62,498 nucleotides of DNA, filler included, from 5 parts of 5 records of this genome joined end to end with filler, not necessarily neighbours in it, one strand, 5' to 3'. Shown: positions 29,233 through 40,038, counted from the whole stretch's first letter. The notes: generated from the sequence alone by a model not told the origin. Made by a program: numbers and translations.

Positions 29233-30138
29233 TCAGGGCGCATCCCCCAGCACCAGCTTGACCTCGCGCGCGATCAGATCGCGCAGCCAGGAATGCAGGG
29301 GCGAGCGATGTGTCCGTTCTGTCCAGACCAGCGAGATATTGAACGGTGCAGGACAGGGGCAATCCGCAAGATGTACCGACCCGCCCAGAGTTTCCCCAAT
29401 GCGGCGGGGCACGGTGGAAATCAGGTCCGTTCCCGCGATGATCCGGTTCAACCCTGCCGGGCTTGGCACCGAAAGCACCTGGTTGAGACTGTGTCCCATC
29501 CGGTCGAGATAGCGCAGATAACCCGACCGCCAGCCGCCGCCATACAGAACCACCGCGTGGCGTGCGGCCAGGTAAGCCTCCAGCGTCAGCGGCGCGCCTG
29601 CCAATGGGTTTGCCGGGTCCATGATGCAGACATAGCGTTCAGCCAGAAGGTTGCGGCAATAAAATCCCGCCTGCTCCGTCATCAGCGGTCCGATCAGCAG
29701 CTCTGCCTCGCCCCGTTTCAATTGCAGATGGCCTTGCGAGATCGAATTGATGGTTTCAACCCGCATGTTCGGCGCCTCGGCCCTCAACCGCTGCATGACA
29801 AGTGGCAGGATCATCTGCCGCTCATAAAAATTGCAGGCGATGGTAAAGCTGTGTTCGGCTTCGGACGGGTCGAAGGCCTCTGGCATCGCCAGCCGTTCCA
29901 TCTCTGACAGCAACGACGCCGCCGATCCTGCGATGGCGGAACAGCGCTCGGTCGCCTCTACCTGCGTGCCTTGCCGGAAGAACAGCTGATCGTCGAAGGC
30001 ACGGCGCAGTTTCTCGATCGTATAGCTGACCGCCGATTGGTTCACCCCCAGCACCTGTGCCGCGACCGAAAAGGACCGGTGTTCATGCACCAGCCGCAAG
30101 GTGCGCAAGTCGGCGAAATCAATGTTCAATGCCTTCAT
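29233..30138 (-). CDS. LysR-family regulator (NahR/DntR-like)
   Basis: RSFSVAAQVLGVNQSAVSYTI HTH, EAFDPS, W...H.SPLHSWLR. Confidence 0.92.
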   Translation of the reverse strand: MKALNIDFADLRTLRLVHEHRSFSVAAQVLGVNQSAVSYTIEKLRRAFDDQLFFRQGTQVEATERCSAIAGSAASLLSEMERLAMPEAFDPSEAEHSFTIACNFYERQMILPLVMQRLRAEAPNMRVETINSISQGHLQLKRGEAELLIGPLMTEQAGFYCRNLLAERYVCIMDPANPLAGAPLTLEAYLAARHAVVLYGGGWRSGYLRYLDRMGHSLNQVLSVPSPAGLNRIIAGTDLISTVPRRIGETLGGSVHLADCPCPAPFNISLVWTERTHRSPLHSWLRDLIAREVKLVLGDAP

Positions 30139-30148
30139 ATGCAGCCCT

Positions 30149-30163
30149 ATCAAAAACTCTGAT
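30149..30163. promoter_or_regulatory. LysR recognition site between lysR and the P450 gene
   Basis: ATCA-N7-TGAT dyad (T-N11-A). Confidence 0.65.
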
Positions 30164-30249
30164 CCACTGGATCAATTCCATTAAGTTGTTCGATCCGACA
30201 AGGCAAGCTAAGCCGGGTGAACCTGCGGACGCGAAGGGAGGATCTCGTC

Positions 30250-31425
30250 ATGCCACTGGCACCCGTCAACGACGCGGTGACGATCATGGAATTGATCGAG
30301 AACCCCTATCCGTTTTATAGGCAGATGCGTGCAGAAAGCCCGGTCGTGTCGGTCAGCGCCGTGAACCGGGTTATGTTGACCAAGGCCGCCGACACTCGTG
30401 CGGTGAAGGACGATCCCGAAACGTGGTCTTCCGATGATCCCGACACACCGATGAAACGCGCCTTCCAAGCCCATACCTTGATGCGAAAGGACGGCGAAGA
30501 CCACTTGCGCGAACGCAACGCAATGATGCCGACCTTTTCGCCCCGCAACCTGAAGACGCTGTGGGGCCCGGCCTACGAACAACTGGCGGACGCCTATCTG
30601 GACCGTCTGCCAAAGGGCGAGGTGGTCGATCTCTTCCCCACGCTCGCAGGGCCCCTGGCCGCTCGCATCCTTGCCGACATCCTGGGCCTGTCCGAGGCCA
30701 GCGACGACGACATGCAGTTCTGGTCACAGGCATTGATCGACGGGGCCGGCAATTTCGGCTGGTTCGATGAACCTTTCGAACGGGTGGACCGCGCCCATGT
30801 CGCGATGAATACGCTGATGGAGCAGAAGGCAAAGCACTACCGCGCCAATCCCGATCAAACCGCGCTGTCCGTGATGGTCAATGCAGACGATCCCATCGAG
30901 TGGAGCCAGATCGTCGCCAATATCAAGATCGCCATCGGCGGTGGTATCAATGAACCGCGCGACGCGCTGCTGACGGTTCTTTACGGCCTGCTGTCCAACC
31001 CCGATCAACTGGACGAGATCAAGAAGACCGGCCAATGGGGTGCGGCGTTTGAGGAAGCGATCCGGTGGGTTGCCCCCATTCAGGTCAGTTCCCGCCGCGC
31101 CACGCGCGACACGCAAATCCGGGGCATCGATATTCCCGGGGGCACCGTGGTGATGACCTGCCAGGCCTCCTCCAACCATGACGAAGATCTGTTCGAGGAT
31201 GGGCATCTGTTCAACGCCTTTCGGCCTCGCAATCCCCATCAAAGCTTCGGCTCCGGACCGCATCACTGCATGGGCACCCATCTGGCGCGGATGATGCTGG
31301 GAAAGATCATGCTGCCGATGATCTTCGAGCGCTTCCCGAACATGGAACTGGTGCAGCCCGAAACCGTGGTCTGGAAGGGCTTCGGCTTTCGCGGGCCGCT
31401 CAACCTGCCGGTCCGTCTGACTTAG
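30250..31425 (+). CDS. cytochrome P450
   Basis: EAIR (ExxR), FGSGPHHCMG heme ligand, I-helix GGGINEPR; RBS GGGAGG. Confidence 0.96.
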   Translation: MPLAPVNDAVTIMELIENPYPFYRQMRAESPVVSVSAVNRVMLTKAADTRAVKDDPETWSSDDPDTPMKRAFQAHTLMRKDGEDHLRERNAMMPTFSPRNLKTLWGPAYEQLADAYLDRLPKGEVVDLFPTLAGPLAARILADILGLSEASDDDMQFWSQALIDGAGNFGWFDEPFERVDRAHVAMNTLMEQKAKHYRANPDQTALSVMVNADDPIEWSQIVANIKIAIGGGINEPRDALLTVLYGLLSNPDQLDEIKKTGQWGAAFEEAIRWVAPIQVSSRRATRDTQIRGIDIPGGTVVMTCQASSNHDEDLFEDGHLFNAFRPRNPHQSFGSGPHHCMGTHLARMMLGKIMLPMIFERFPNMELVQPETVVWKGFGFRGPLNLPVRLT

Positions 31426-31526
31426 GGGCCGGGGATATAGCCAAAACCAATCGCAACGGTCCCTGAATGGATTTGTACCGACATGCCGCCCACAGCTAGG
31501 CTTCTGACAAGCCCCGAAAGACACAT

Positions 31527-31853
31527 ATGATGACCCGGATCACCTTCGTCGCAGCAGACGGCACCGCACAAACGGTCGAGGCGCGCCTTGGTGACAGCGC
31601 CATGCAGACCGCGCTGGCCCATGGGATCGACGGGATCACCGCGGAATGCGGCGGCGCAATGGCCTGCGCCACCTGCCACGCGTATGTGGCACCAGACTGG
31701 ACAGACCGGGTTGGCCCGGCCGGAGACACCGAGGCGGACATGCTGGAATTTGCGGCCAGCGAGGTGACAGCCACAAGTCGCCTCTCCTGCCAGATCACGA
31801 TGACAGAGGAGCTCGACGGGCTGGTTCTGCACCTGCCCGACACGCAGATCTAG
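31527..31853 (+). CDS. 2Fe-2S ferredoxin (putidaredoxin/adrenodoxin type)
   Basis: CGGAMACATCH ... SRLSCQI. Confidence 0.95.
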   Translation: MMTRITFVAADGTAQTVEARLGDSAMQTALAHGIDGITAECGGAMACATCHAYVAPDWTDRVGPAGDTEADMLEFAASEVTATSRLSCQITMTEELDGLVLHLPDTQI

Positions 31854-31964
31854 GGCCCGGCAGGGCACCAAATGCGTGACAACGTCAAGAATTCGCGGTT
31901 GACTGAACCGTGGAGAAGCTGGTCCGGCCAAGGGTCGCCGCCAGCCACCAAAGGGAGGAAAGAC

Positions 31965-32288
31965 ATGAAAACATCAATAGCCATAGGCGCCGTTGTCGCC
32001 GTTCTTGGTCTGGCAGGGTGTGCCCAGGCCCAGGAACACACGTTCCGCCTGCACCATCTGCTCAGCGCGCAGGCCCCGGCCCATACCCAGATGCTGGAAC
32101 CCTGGGCCGCCCGTGTCGAGGAACTGTCCGGAGGCCAGGTCGATATCGAGATTTTCCCGGCCATGACCCTCGGCGGGCGTCCCCCCGAACTGATCAGCCA
32201 GGCCCGTGACGGCGTCGTCGATCTGGTCTGGACGGTGAACGGATACACCCCCGGCCTGTTCCCGCGCACCGAAGTGTTCGAACTGCCC
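31965..32288 (+). CDS. dctP: TRAP transporter substrate-binding protein (3'-truncated)
   Basis: Signal peptide, FRLHHLLS, IFPAMTLGG, YTPGLFPRTEVFELP. Confidence 0.9.
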
Positions 32289-32388
32289 NNNNNNNNNNNN
32301 NNNNNNNNNNNNNNNNNNNNNNNNNNNNNNNNTTAATTAATTAANNNNNNNNNNNNNNNNNNNNNNNNNNNNNNNNNNNNNNNNNNNN
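32289..32388. other. artificial contig linker
   Basis: N run containing TTAATTAATTAA. Confidence 0.99.
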
Positions 32389-32562
32389 GAACGAGCAGAT
32401 TACAACATTGACGATGGCACCATCGTGATGACGGGGGATGTCCTGTTGGATCAGGGGCCAAATGCCCTGAGTGCGGACCGGATGAACATCCGTCTTGACG
32501 ATGGCACCGCGCAAATGACGGGCCGGGTGAAAACCATCATCCAGCAGGGCGGCGACGACTGA
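32389..32562 (+). CDS. lptA: LptA/OstA protein (3' fragment)
   Basis: Manual translation [32 protein letters not shown]...MTGRVKT; stop overlaps the lptB start. Confidence 0.85.
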   Translation, partial: ERADYNIDDGTIVMTGDVLLDQGPNALSADRMNIRLDDGTAQMTGRVKTIIQQGGDD

Positions 32563-33320
32563 TGAGCGGGCCTGAACTGACAGTGGCGGATGGCACTCGC
32601 GGGTTGCGGATCGAACACCTGCGCAAATCCTACCGCAAAAAGATCGTCATCCGCGACTTTTCCATGCATCTGGATCGGGGCGAGGTTGTTGCGCTTCTGG
32701 GGCCAAACGGATCCGGCAAAACCACCACGTTTTATTCGGTCGCGGGCCTCGTTACGCCCGAGGGCGGCAGCGTCACAGTAGATGGACGCGACGTCACAAC
32801 TTTGCCGATGTACCGCCGCGCCCAGCTTGGTATCGGGTATCTGCCGCAGGAAATGAGCATCTTTCGCGGGTTGTCTGTGCAAGACAACATCTCTGCGATT
32901 CTCGATATTTCACAACCGCACAAGCACCAGCGCCGCGAGCGCCTTGAAGAATTGCTGTCGGAATTTTCCATTGAACACCTGCGCCGCGCGCCCGCCCTAG
33001 CGCTTTCTGGTGGTGAACGGCGCCGCGTAGAGATTGCCCGCTGTTTGGCGGCTGACCCCAAATATCTGCTGCTGGACGAACCGTTTGCCGGGGTTGATCC
33101 GATCTCTGTCGGGGATATTCGTCACCTGGTGGCGGACCTCAAGAACCGCGGTATCGGGGTGCTCGTGACAGACCATAACGTAAGGGAAACACTGGAAATT
33201 GTGGACCGCGCCTATATCTTGCACGAGGGTCGCGTTTTGATGTCCGGCACGCCGGACGAGGTCGTCCAGAACGAGAATGTGCGCCGCGTTTATCTTGGCG
33301 ACAATTTCCGCATCTCTTAA
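32562..33320 (+). CDS. lptB: LPS export ABC ATPase
   Basis: [40 protein letters not shown]. Confidence 0.96.
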   Translation: MSGPELTVADGTRGLRIEHLRKSYRKKIVIRDFSMHLDRGEVVALLGPNGSGKTTTFYSVAGLVTPEGGSVTVDGRDVTTLPMYRRAQLGIGYLPQEMSIFRGLSVQDNISAILDISQPHKHQRRERLEELLSEFSIEHLRRAPALALSGGERRRVEIARCLAADPKYLLLDEPFAGVDPISVGDIRHLVADLKNRGIGVLVTDHNVRETLEIVDRAYILHEGRVLMSGTPDEVVQNENVRRVYLGDNFRIS

Positions 33321-33573
33321 AAATTCCTTAAGGCATTGAGAGTATTTCCGCCAAAATTGGGGCGGCTTTTGATTGACTTCCCGCGCTGGTATTTGCGATG
33401 ATCAAGTCATGGCAACACTGCGTTCCTGTTTGATTTTGCATCGGCCTTATCGCCAAGGCTCGAACGAGATCAAGCTGTACGCAAGGCCGGTTTCCCGCAT
33501 CTAGGCACCCTCAACAGACCACGCCCGTGGTCCGTTTTGTGATGCCCGATGACACATATAATAAGGAGAGAGT

Positions 33574-34140
33574 ATGCGGTACCAAATCAGCGGCAAACAG
33601 ATCGATATCGGCGACGCGCTTCAAACCCACGTCAAAGAAGAACTGGGTGAAGCGGTCAAGAAATATGCAGAGCGTCCGACGGATGCACAGGTTATTTTCT
33701 CAAAGTCCGGTCACGAATTTGTCTGCGAAGCAACGGTCCACTTATCCACGGGCCTCACCGCATCTGCCAAGGCGTCACACAACGAAATCTACGGGGCATT
33801 CGACGCCTGCAATGAAAAAATGGAGAAACAGCTGAGGCGTTACAAGCGGCGTCTGAAGGATCACCATAAAGACCGGGCAGAGCCTGTTGAACTTTACGGC
33901 GCATCCTCCTATATCCTCGCCTCGGAAAGCGACTCAGACGCGCAGGAACCTGAAACACTCCAACCCATGATCGTAGCCGAAATGCAGACCAAGATCGCAA
34001 ACTTGTCTGTCGGCGAAGCGGTGATGCAAATGGAATTGGCAGGCGCCCCGGTGTTGGTGTTTCGCAAAGAAGGTGAAGACAGAATCAACGTGGTCTACCG
34101 CCGCGACGACGGAAACATCGGCTGGATTGATCCTTCATAA
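33574..34140 (+). CDS. hpf: ribosome hibernation promoting factor (long HPF)
   Basis: ISGKQIDIG, KQLRRYKRRLKDH, EAVMQMEL, VYRRDDGNIGWI. Confidence 0.93.
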   Translation: MRYQISGKQIDIGDALQTHVKEELGEAVKKYAERPTDAQVIFSKSGHEFVCEATVHLSTGLTASAKASHNEIYGAFDACNEKMEKQLRRYKRRLKDHHKDRAEPVELYGASSYILASESDSDAQEPETLQPMIVAEMQTKIANLSVGEAVMQMELAGAPVLVFRKEGEDRINVVYRRDDGNIGWIDPS

Positions 34141-34182
34141 GGATCGACAAGAAACGTCCCGCCATCAGAGCAGAGCGTATTG

Positions 34183-34647
34183 ATGCAGTTTGCAACACTA
34201 TTGAAACCCGAGGCAGTCAAAGTGCTGACCTCGGCCTCAAGTAAAAAACGGCTGATGCAGGATATCGGCGATTTGGTCAGCGGTGCCTATGGCATGGACG
34301 CAGGCCGCGTTGTCGAGGCGTTGATTGCACGCGAATCTCTGGGACCAACTGGTGTGGGGCACGGTGTTGCCCTGCCCCATGCCCGTCTTGATGGTTTGAA
34401 CGAGGTGGTCGGCGCTTTTGTTCTGTTGGACAAACCGATCGATTTTTCTTCTGTTGATCGTCAACCGGTTGATATCGCCTTTGCACTGTTCGCCCCAGAA
34501 GATGCCGGTGTTGAACATCTCAAGGCATTGGCGCTTGTCTCACGCACATTGCGCGACAACTCGGTGTGCAGCAAACTGCGGTCCAACCCTGACGCCGCGA
34601 CGCTTTATACAATTCTGACCGAAGAGAATTCTGTCCAGGCGGCGTGA
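34183..34647 (+). CDS. ptsN: PTS IIA(Ntr)
   Basis: RESLGPTGVGHGVALPH, DRQPVD, HLKALA. Confidence 0.93.
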   Translation: MQFATLLKPEAVKVLTSASSKKRLMQDIGDLVSGAYGMDAGRVVEALIARESLGPTGVGHGVALPHARLDGLNEVVGAFVLLDKPIDFSSVDRQPVDIAFALFAPEDAGVEHLKALALVSRTLRDNSVCSKLRSNPDAATLYTILTEENSVQAA

Positions 34648-34660
34648 TCGCTGATCACCC

Positions 34661-36088
34661 CTAAGCCCATCGCGAAAACCCGAACATGACATAGTCACGA
34701 TGGTAGGCATCCGCCGCCAACGCCTCGATCTCGTCGTCATAAACCTCGGCCAGAGAATAGGGCTGATCCACTTGACCTTCGCTCAGCGGCGGAACGGAAC
34801 CAACACCCGCCGCCTGGGCCAATTCTGCCAATTCCTGTTCAAGCGTCTCTTCGCGGATGATGCGGTCTGGCGGGCACAATTCTGCAAATCCGGCCAGTGC
34901 CTGCGATTGCGTACACCATGCCGGATCAACACGGATCGCGGTTTGCCCTGCCAGATTGGCCTTGAGAAAGCTCAGAAACGCCGCAAAGGCGGCACGATGG
35001 GCGGGTTTATCATAGCTGGCATCCGGCCCACCCTCGGGCAATGGCAGATTGTAACGTTTGATCATCGTCGTGCGCAGCTGTTTGTAGCTGCCCGGACCGG
35101 TGCCAAGAATATGCCGGCAAAATGCATCATGGGCACGCGCCGCCGGATGGCGCAGCACCGTAAAACTGCGATGGCCCGGATGCCCCCGTTTCCACTGGCG
35201 CAGCTCTTTTTGATTCATCTTGGTGGGCAGATCCGCCTGCGCCACATCATCCACCGCCGCCAACCAGTGCATGACCTGATCCTGCGGTCCACTGCGCAGC
35301 GGCATATAGAGCAAAGATGCCTCCGCCGCCGCGACATAGGACGGCACATTCGGCCCGCGGCGCGGCTCAAAATTTGGAGTTCGGGTCAGGTCAAACCGAT
35401 CCATCCCGGCAAGGCTGACCAGCATATCCTCGTAATTGCGCACCTTGGCCGAAATCGGGCTTGGATTTTGCTTTTTCAGGCTGGTGTCCAGCCCCTCAAG
35501 GGTTTCGTTCACACCCAGAAACTGCGCAATGCCATTCATCACATCAACGTTTTGCAGGTCTTCATAGGCCACGTAAAACGCGGTTTGCCCCGACACCTGC
35601 AACCGGTTCAGCAAGGTGATCTGAAACTGCTGTAGCGCATCAAGATGGCGCTCAAACTCACCTGCATCAAACACCGCCTTCCCGGATTTGCGCGCTTTGA
35701 CATCGGTCAGCTTCCATTGACCGGTCACCTGTGCGATTTTCCAACTCACATAGCTTTCGACCGGGTTGCGGGTCAGGATGATCTTGGCACAGCCTTTATC
35801 CTCAATAATCTGATCAAACACCCGTGGATCGTGGTCATGGAAATACCGAAATCCGCCGATACCAGAGGGATCATTCTGGATTGCGTCGATCAGAACCAAA
35901 GGATCGGCCTCGCGGGCATCCAGATCAACGCCAAGGATTGGATCATTGGACGGATAGCCCAGAAAATGTGGGTTGAACGCCTCCCCATGACAACGGATGC
36001 TGGTAAAGGCATTCAGGTTGGTTTCAAGGAAATTCGACCCCGTGCGCATCTCTGCAAAAACAACAAAACTGTGGAATTGCTGCGACAT
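34661..36088 (-). CDS. two-domain sulfotransferase (Stf0/NodH-like)
   Basis: PAPS motif MRTGSN, ILTRNPVESYVS, YEDL; second domain with LRHP and DYVMFGF. Confidence 0.8.
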   Translation of the reverse strand: MSQQFHSFVVFAEMRTGSNFLETNLNAFTSIRCHGEAFNPHFLGYPSNDPILGVDLDAREADPLVLIDAIQNDPSGIGGFRYFHDHDPRVFDQIIEDKGCAKIILTRNPVESYVSWKIAQVTGQWKLTDVKARKSGKAVFDAGEFERHLDALQQFQITLLNRLQVSGQTAFYVAYEDLQNVDVMNGIAQFLGVNETLEGLDTSLKKQNPSPISAKVRNYEDMLVSLAGMDRFDLTRTPNFEPRRGPNVPSYVAAAEASLLYMPLRSGPQDQVMHWLAAVDDVAQADLPTKMNQKELRQWKRGHPGHRSFTVLRHPAARAHDAFCRHILGTGPGSYKQLRTTMIKRYNLPLPEGGPDASYDKPAHRAAFAAFLSFLKANLAGQTAIRVDPAWCTQSQALAGFAELCPPDRIIREETLEQELAELAQAAGVGSVPPLSEGQVDQPYSLAEVYDDEIEALAADAYHRDYVMFGFSRWA

Positions 36089-36091
36089 GGG

Positions 36092-37789
36092 TTACCGTAC
36101 CAGATAGGGTTTACGAGGGGTTTTGGCCGGCTCAGATACATTCCGTTCCACCGGAAAATCCCCCATCAGATAGGGATGCATGCCTTGGTTCTTGAGGTTC
36201 TGTAGGAACTGACCAAAGCCTGCCAAATCGACCATCTTGGGCGCTTCGGCCAGCCGCCGCAGATTGGTGCGACCGATCTCATCCAAAATACCCTGAAGCG
36301 GCTCCATCGGTGCCTCGATAAACTCTGCCATGGTCCAGATCCGCACACGGGCCTTGGTGTAGGGGGATCGCAGAATATCCATGTGATCGCTTTCGGTCTT
36401 TTGCAGACCTGCGGCAATCCGGCGGATATCAGCAAAATCGAGGTTAGAGCGGAACAGCGGCACCGCCCATGCCCCGGTGATCACTGACACTTGCGCGTTG
36501 GGATCTCTGGCGATGCGCCAATTGACCTCTTGATTGTCCGCTGGGCCAAATTGAAAACACTGACGTTCACCGCGTGTGTTCCATATCAGGTTGGTCAGGA
36601 ATGCCTTGCTGTTGTAATCGCGCAAGGTGGCGCTGTCGGACAATGCCCCGTTTAGGGCCGTCTGCCCATCGGCGTAATGCACCCGGTCCTTGGCAAACAG
36701 ATGTCCATGCACGCGGGCGTTTGTTGCCTTGCCCAGCCATTGTTCAAAGTCTTCAAACAGCTCTGAAAATCCCTGAAACATCGAATAGGGCGCGGCGGTC
36801 ACACCATTCTCCCAATCCTCGTTCGGGAACCGGCTTTGCATATAGAGGCCGGACCGGCCTCTGGTCCGCCGCTCCACTGCCTTTGAGAAAATCCGGTCGA
36901 TCTTGCCGGGGTTCGGCTCTGTTCGTTTCATCGCGCCGGCAACATCGGTCAGAAACGCATCATAAAGCCGGTCGGCGTGAGGCCAGATTTTGCGGGCCAC
37001 AAAGCAATCAGACCGGCGCAGCAATTGCAGGTGATCTTCGTAAAAGATATGCGGCTTGCCCTGAAAATCGAACTTCGACAGGGTCAGTGACCGGCTTTCG
37101 ATCCGGGTGGCATATTGGCGTGCAAGGGTCTGAAAATAGGATTCGTCAGGGATCCAGACGTGGCGGAAAAACTTGTCATAGGTAGGCCGCTCAGGGTCTT
37201 GCAAGATCGCCGACAAGGTGCGCCGCGACAGGCACCACCATTGCGAGCCCATGTGCGGCACAATGCCATTGGGCATATCGCGATGCAGTTTCAATCGCCG
37301 CTGAATATCCACGATCTTGTCAAAGAGATAACGGTTCCGCTTCCATGAGACGGGAAAGCGCAGCGTAAACCGCTCCGCGTCAAGGCCGCCAACGGTCCAT
37401 GGCACATCTGCGGTTGTCGCGCTTTCGATAAAATCGGTGTGCGGACGATCATCGAGATAATCAATCAGCTCTTCCACCGGGCGCAGCGGCAGGCAAGATC
37501 CCGAAGCCAGATACACATGCCGCACCTCGGGATGCCGCGCCAACATCTGTTCCGACGCGCTTTGCGATGCGGCGACAATACCCCAAGTACCCCATTCACA
37601 GCGGTAGCGGTCACAAAAACTGATATCGCGCAACGTTCCAAGGGAATCGACAAACCCCTCGTAGGTCTTTCGCGGAACGCTTTTGTCGACGTGGATCACC
37701 ACCGGGCACCCGGCAGCAGCCCAATGCCGCGCCACCTGTTCTGCGCGACCAAGGGCCGTATGCACCAGCATGACAATCCCGACAGTCAT
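36092..37789 (-). CDS. core-2/I-branching (GT14-like) glycosyltransferase with C-terminal extension
   Basis: IHVD, LASGSCLP, GSQWWCL, IPDESYFQT; start at 37789 overlaps the upstream stop. Confidence 0.85.
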   Translation of the reverse strand: MTVGIVMLVHTALGRAEQVARHWAAAGCPVVIHVDKSVPRKTYEGFVDSLGTLRDISFCDRYRCEWGTWGIVAASQSASEQMLARHPEVRHVYLASGSCLPLRPVEELIDYLDDRPHTDFIESATTADVPWTVGGLDAERFTLRFPVSWKRNRYLFDKIVDIQRRLKLHRDMPNGIVPHMGSQWWCLSRRTLSAILQDPERPTYDKFFRHVWIPDESYFQTLARQYATRIESRSLTLSKFDFQGKPHIFYEDHLQLLRRSDCFVARKIWPHADRLYDAFLTDVAGAMKRTEPNPGKIDRIFSKAVERRTRGRSGLYMQSRFPNEDWENGVTAAPYSMFQGFSELFEDFEQWLGKATNARVHGHLFAKDRVHYADGQTALNGALSDSATLRDYNSKAFLTNLIWNTRGERQCFQFGPADNQEVNWRIARDPNAQVSVITGAWAVPLFRSNLDFADIRRIAAGLQKTESDHMDILRSPYTKARVRIWTMAEFIEAPMEPLQGILDEIGRTNLRRLAEAPKMVDLAGFGQFLQNLKNQGMHPYLMGDFPVERNVSEPAKTPRKPYLVR

Positions 37790-38796
37790 GCCCAGTTCCC
37801 CTTGGACATCAGGCCAAGGATCTCTAGCTGCCGCCAGTTGATGTACCGCTCTGACCATTTGCACCAAAGCTGTGGATTTTCCCTCAGCTCTTGCGCATAG
37901 GCGATGTATTCCACCGATCCGGCATAATGCTGGCCGCGCTGCAGCTCCTCTTCGGCCTTGGCGCCGAATGTATCGATAAATTTGGTGTGCAGCAGCGCAC
38001 CGGAGGCTTTCTCACCGCCCCATTCATCGTAGACCTGATTGAGCCCACGCGGCAGCAACATATGGGTCGAACTGACATAGGCGTACCGTTTGTCCCATTT
38101 GACCAAAGGCACCTTGTTCAGGGCCGGTGCCTTGTCCGGCGCGTCCTTGAAGAACACACGCGCCCGCGGTCCGCCCTGGATCCACAGGTTATGGAACAAA
38201 TGGTTGCGCGACATCGTGTAGTTGCCGCTGTCGAACCAGGATGCGATCTCAATCGGGTTCTGACCGGCGTAATAGGGCTGCTCGTCAATTCGCCCTTTTG
38301 GATACATATCCAGCAACATCGCCGAGAACGATTTGATCGAGGATGCATCCAGCCAATCGGTCAACGCCCGCAGCGGCCGCGTATCGCAAAACGGGTAGAC
38401 CAGAAATTCGTCAGGATCGACCGTCAGTGCCCAATGGCCATGCGCATATTTCATCAGCAGATAGTTCAGCCAATCCATGCCAAACCGCGCGCGCTTGTAT
38501 CCGGCGCGGGTGCTCCAGACCGATACATCGGGCTGTTCGGCCAGGTATTCGGCAGATCCATCCGTGCTGTCATTGTCCACAAAGAAAAAATGGCCAATGC
38601 CCATCTCGCGATAGTAGTCGAGGAAATAGGGCAGGCGCACGCCCTCATTCCGCTGAGTACAGAACAACAACAGGTCATCCGGCCGAATCTGGCTTGTCCG
38701 GTCCGCGACGCGCTTTAGCTCTCCGCGCTTGCGGATCGCACGAATGCGCCACCGCTTGCGTTGCAGACGCAGCCGATATGACTGGAATACACCCAA
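37786..38796 (-). CDS. glycosyltransferase family 2
   Basis: RNE, VDNDSTDG, VDPDEF, LLHTKF. Confidence 0.87.
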   Translation of the reverse strand: MGVFQSYRLRLQRKRWRIRAIRKRGELKRVADRTSQIRPDDLLLFCTQRNEGVRLPYFLDYYREMGIGHFFFVDNDSTDGSAEYLAEQPDVSVWSTRAGYKRARFGMDWLNYLLMKYAHGHWALTVDPDEFLVYPFCDTRPLRALTDWLDASSIKSFSAMLLDMYPKGRIDEQPYYAGQNPIEIASWFDSGNYTMSRNHLFHNLWIQGGPRARVFFKDAPDKAPALNKVPLVKWDKRYAYVSSTHMLLPRGLNQVYDEWGGEKASGALLHTKFIDTFGAKAEEELQRGQHYAGSVEYIAYAQELRENPQLWCKWSERYINWRQLEILGLMSKGNWA

Positions 38797-38840
38797 AAAC
38801 CGCCCTCTACCTTCGGGATTACAGCTCTTTCAACGCGGTA

Positions 38841-40037
38841 TCAGTTTAACCTTAACACGGTCTTGAAGTGATCATCCCATGTCGGTCCCGGTATGCCATC
38901 CCGGATTTTTGCGTTTGGCTGTATTTTTTCCCATTCCTTAATGTTTCTTACCCATAAATCGGGCTCGGAAACAGGTGTGAAATGGGCCCAATCCCCTAAA
39001 ATCTCGCGCAAAACCGGTAAATCGTTGCATAAAACACGCGTTCCAAGCTGAGCCGCCTCCAAGGGGGGCAAACCAAAGCCCTCCGCGTGGCTCGGGAAAA
39101 GCATGCCGGACGCGCCGTGAACCAGCGCTGAAAGCGCAGCGTCGCATAGGTCAGGCAGCTCTCTCACCACGCCGAAGGGTCGCATTTGGTCAAGCCGCTT
39201 GAACACCGCATCATTGTTCCAGCCTCGCCTCCCGCAGATCAGCAAAGGCGGCGCCTCTGCGCCCATTTGCTCCCAAAGGTCGAGCAGAAATGCGTGGTTT
39301 TTGCGCGGTTCAATAGTGCCCACGCAGACAAAATACGGACTATCGGGTTTCGCATTGGGCGGCAGCGCGGATGGGTCAGGCGTTGCGGGTTCCACCCCCA
39401 AATGCGCCACAATGCTTGCCGGGACCTCGCCCCATGCCAGCATCTGTTCTTCGCATCGTTTTTGAGTGTCTTGTGAGTTGTAGATCAACCGATCCGCATA
39501 GCCGCGCAAAAGCTGCATCTTGATCCGAAACGGAACAACCGTTCCGGGCCTCTGATAGGCAGGGTATTCCAGCGGGATCACATCATGCACCATCGCGTGA
39601 ATCTCGCCCCCGCTGCGTTTGATCCCGCGCAGCACCCGTTCGGTGATATTGCTGTGGCCGATGTTGAAATAGGTGTAACCACGCGGCAGCTTTCGGGCCA
39701 GCATTGACCGCAAACGGTGCCGCGTCGAACGGTCCGCAGCGGCGCGGCGCAGATCGCTTTCCGCTTGCCTCGCGGCTCTGCTCCTGCCCGGCCAGATAGA
39801 GGACCAACAATCAGCGCCGCCCCAGGGGGTAATACCATGTAATTTATCAGAAATTTCTGCCAAACCCATACGATCCAGCAGCAGATACCCGAAGGGCGAT
39901 CGGACCAACCCAAAGACCGGAGCATCCTCTTGCAGAAACCGTTTGAGATAGGCCAATTCCACCCGGTCAATGCCCGTCGCAACCCGCCCGGCCCGCCGCA
40001 TACTGCGCGTCAGATCAAGCAGGCGGGCCTGCGCCAT
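38841..40037 (-). CDS. glycosyltransferase family 4
   Basis: TGIDRVE, VHDVIP, GTIEPRKN, EGFGLPPLEA. Confidence 0.9.
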   Translation of the reverse strand: MAQARLLDLTRSMRRAGRVATGIDRVELAYLKRFLQEDAPVFGLVRSPFGYLLLDRMGLAEISDKLHGITPWGGADCWSSIWPGRSRAARQAESDLRRAAADRSTRHRLRSMLARKLPRGYTYFNIGHSNITERVLRGIKRSGGEIHAMVHDVIPLEYPAYQRPGTVVPFRIKMQLLRGYADRLIYNSQDTQKRCEEQMLAWGEVPASIVAHLGVEPATPDPSALPPNAKPDSPYFVCVGTIEPRKNHAFLLDLWEQMGAEAPPLLICGRRGWNNDAVFKRLDQMRPFGVVRELPDLCDAALSALVHGASGMLFPSHAEGFGLPPLEAAQLGTRVLCNDLPVLREILGDWAHFTPVSEPDLWVRNIKEWEKIQPNAKIRDGIPGPTWDDHFKTVLRLN

Positions 40038-40038
40038 A

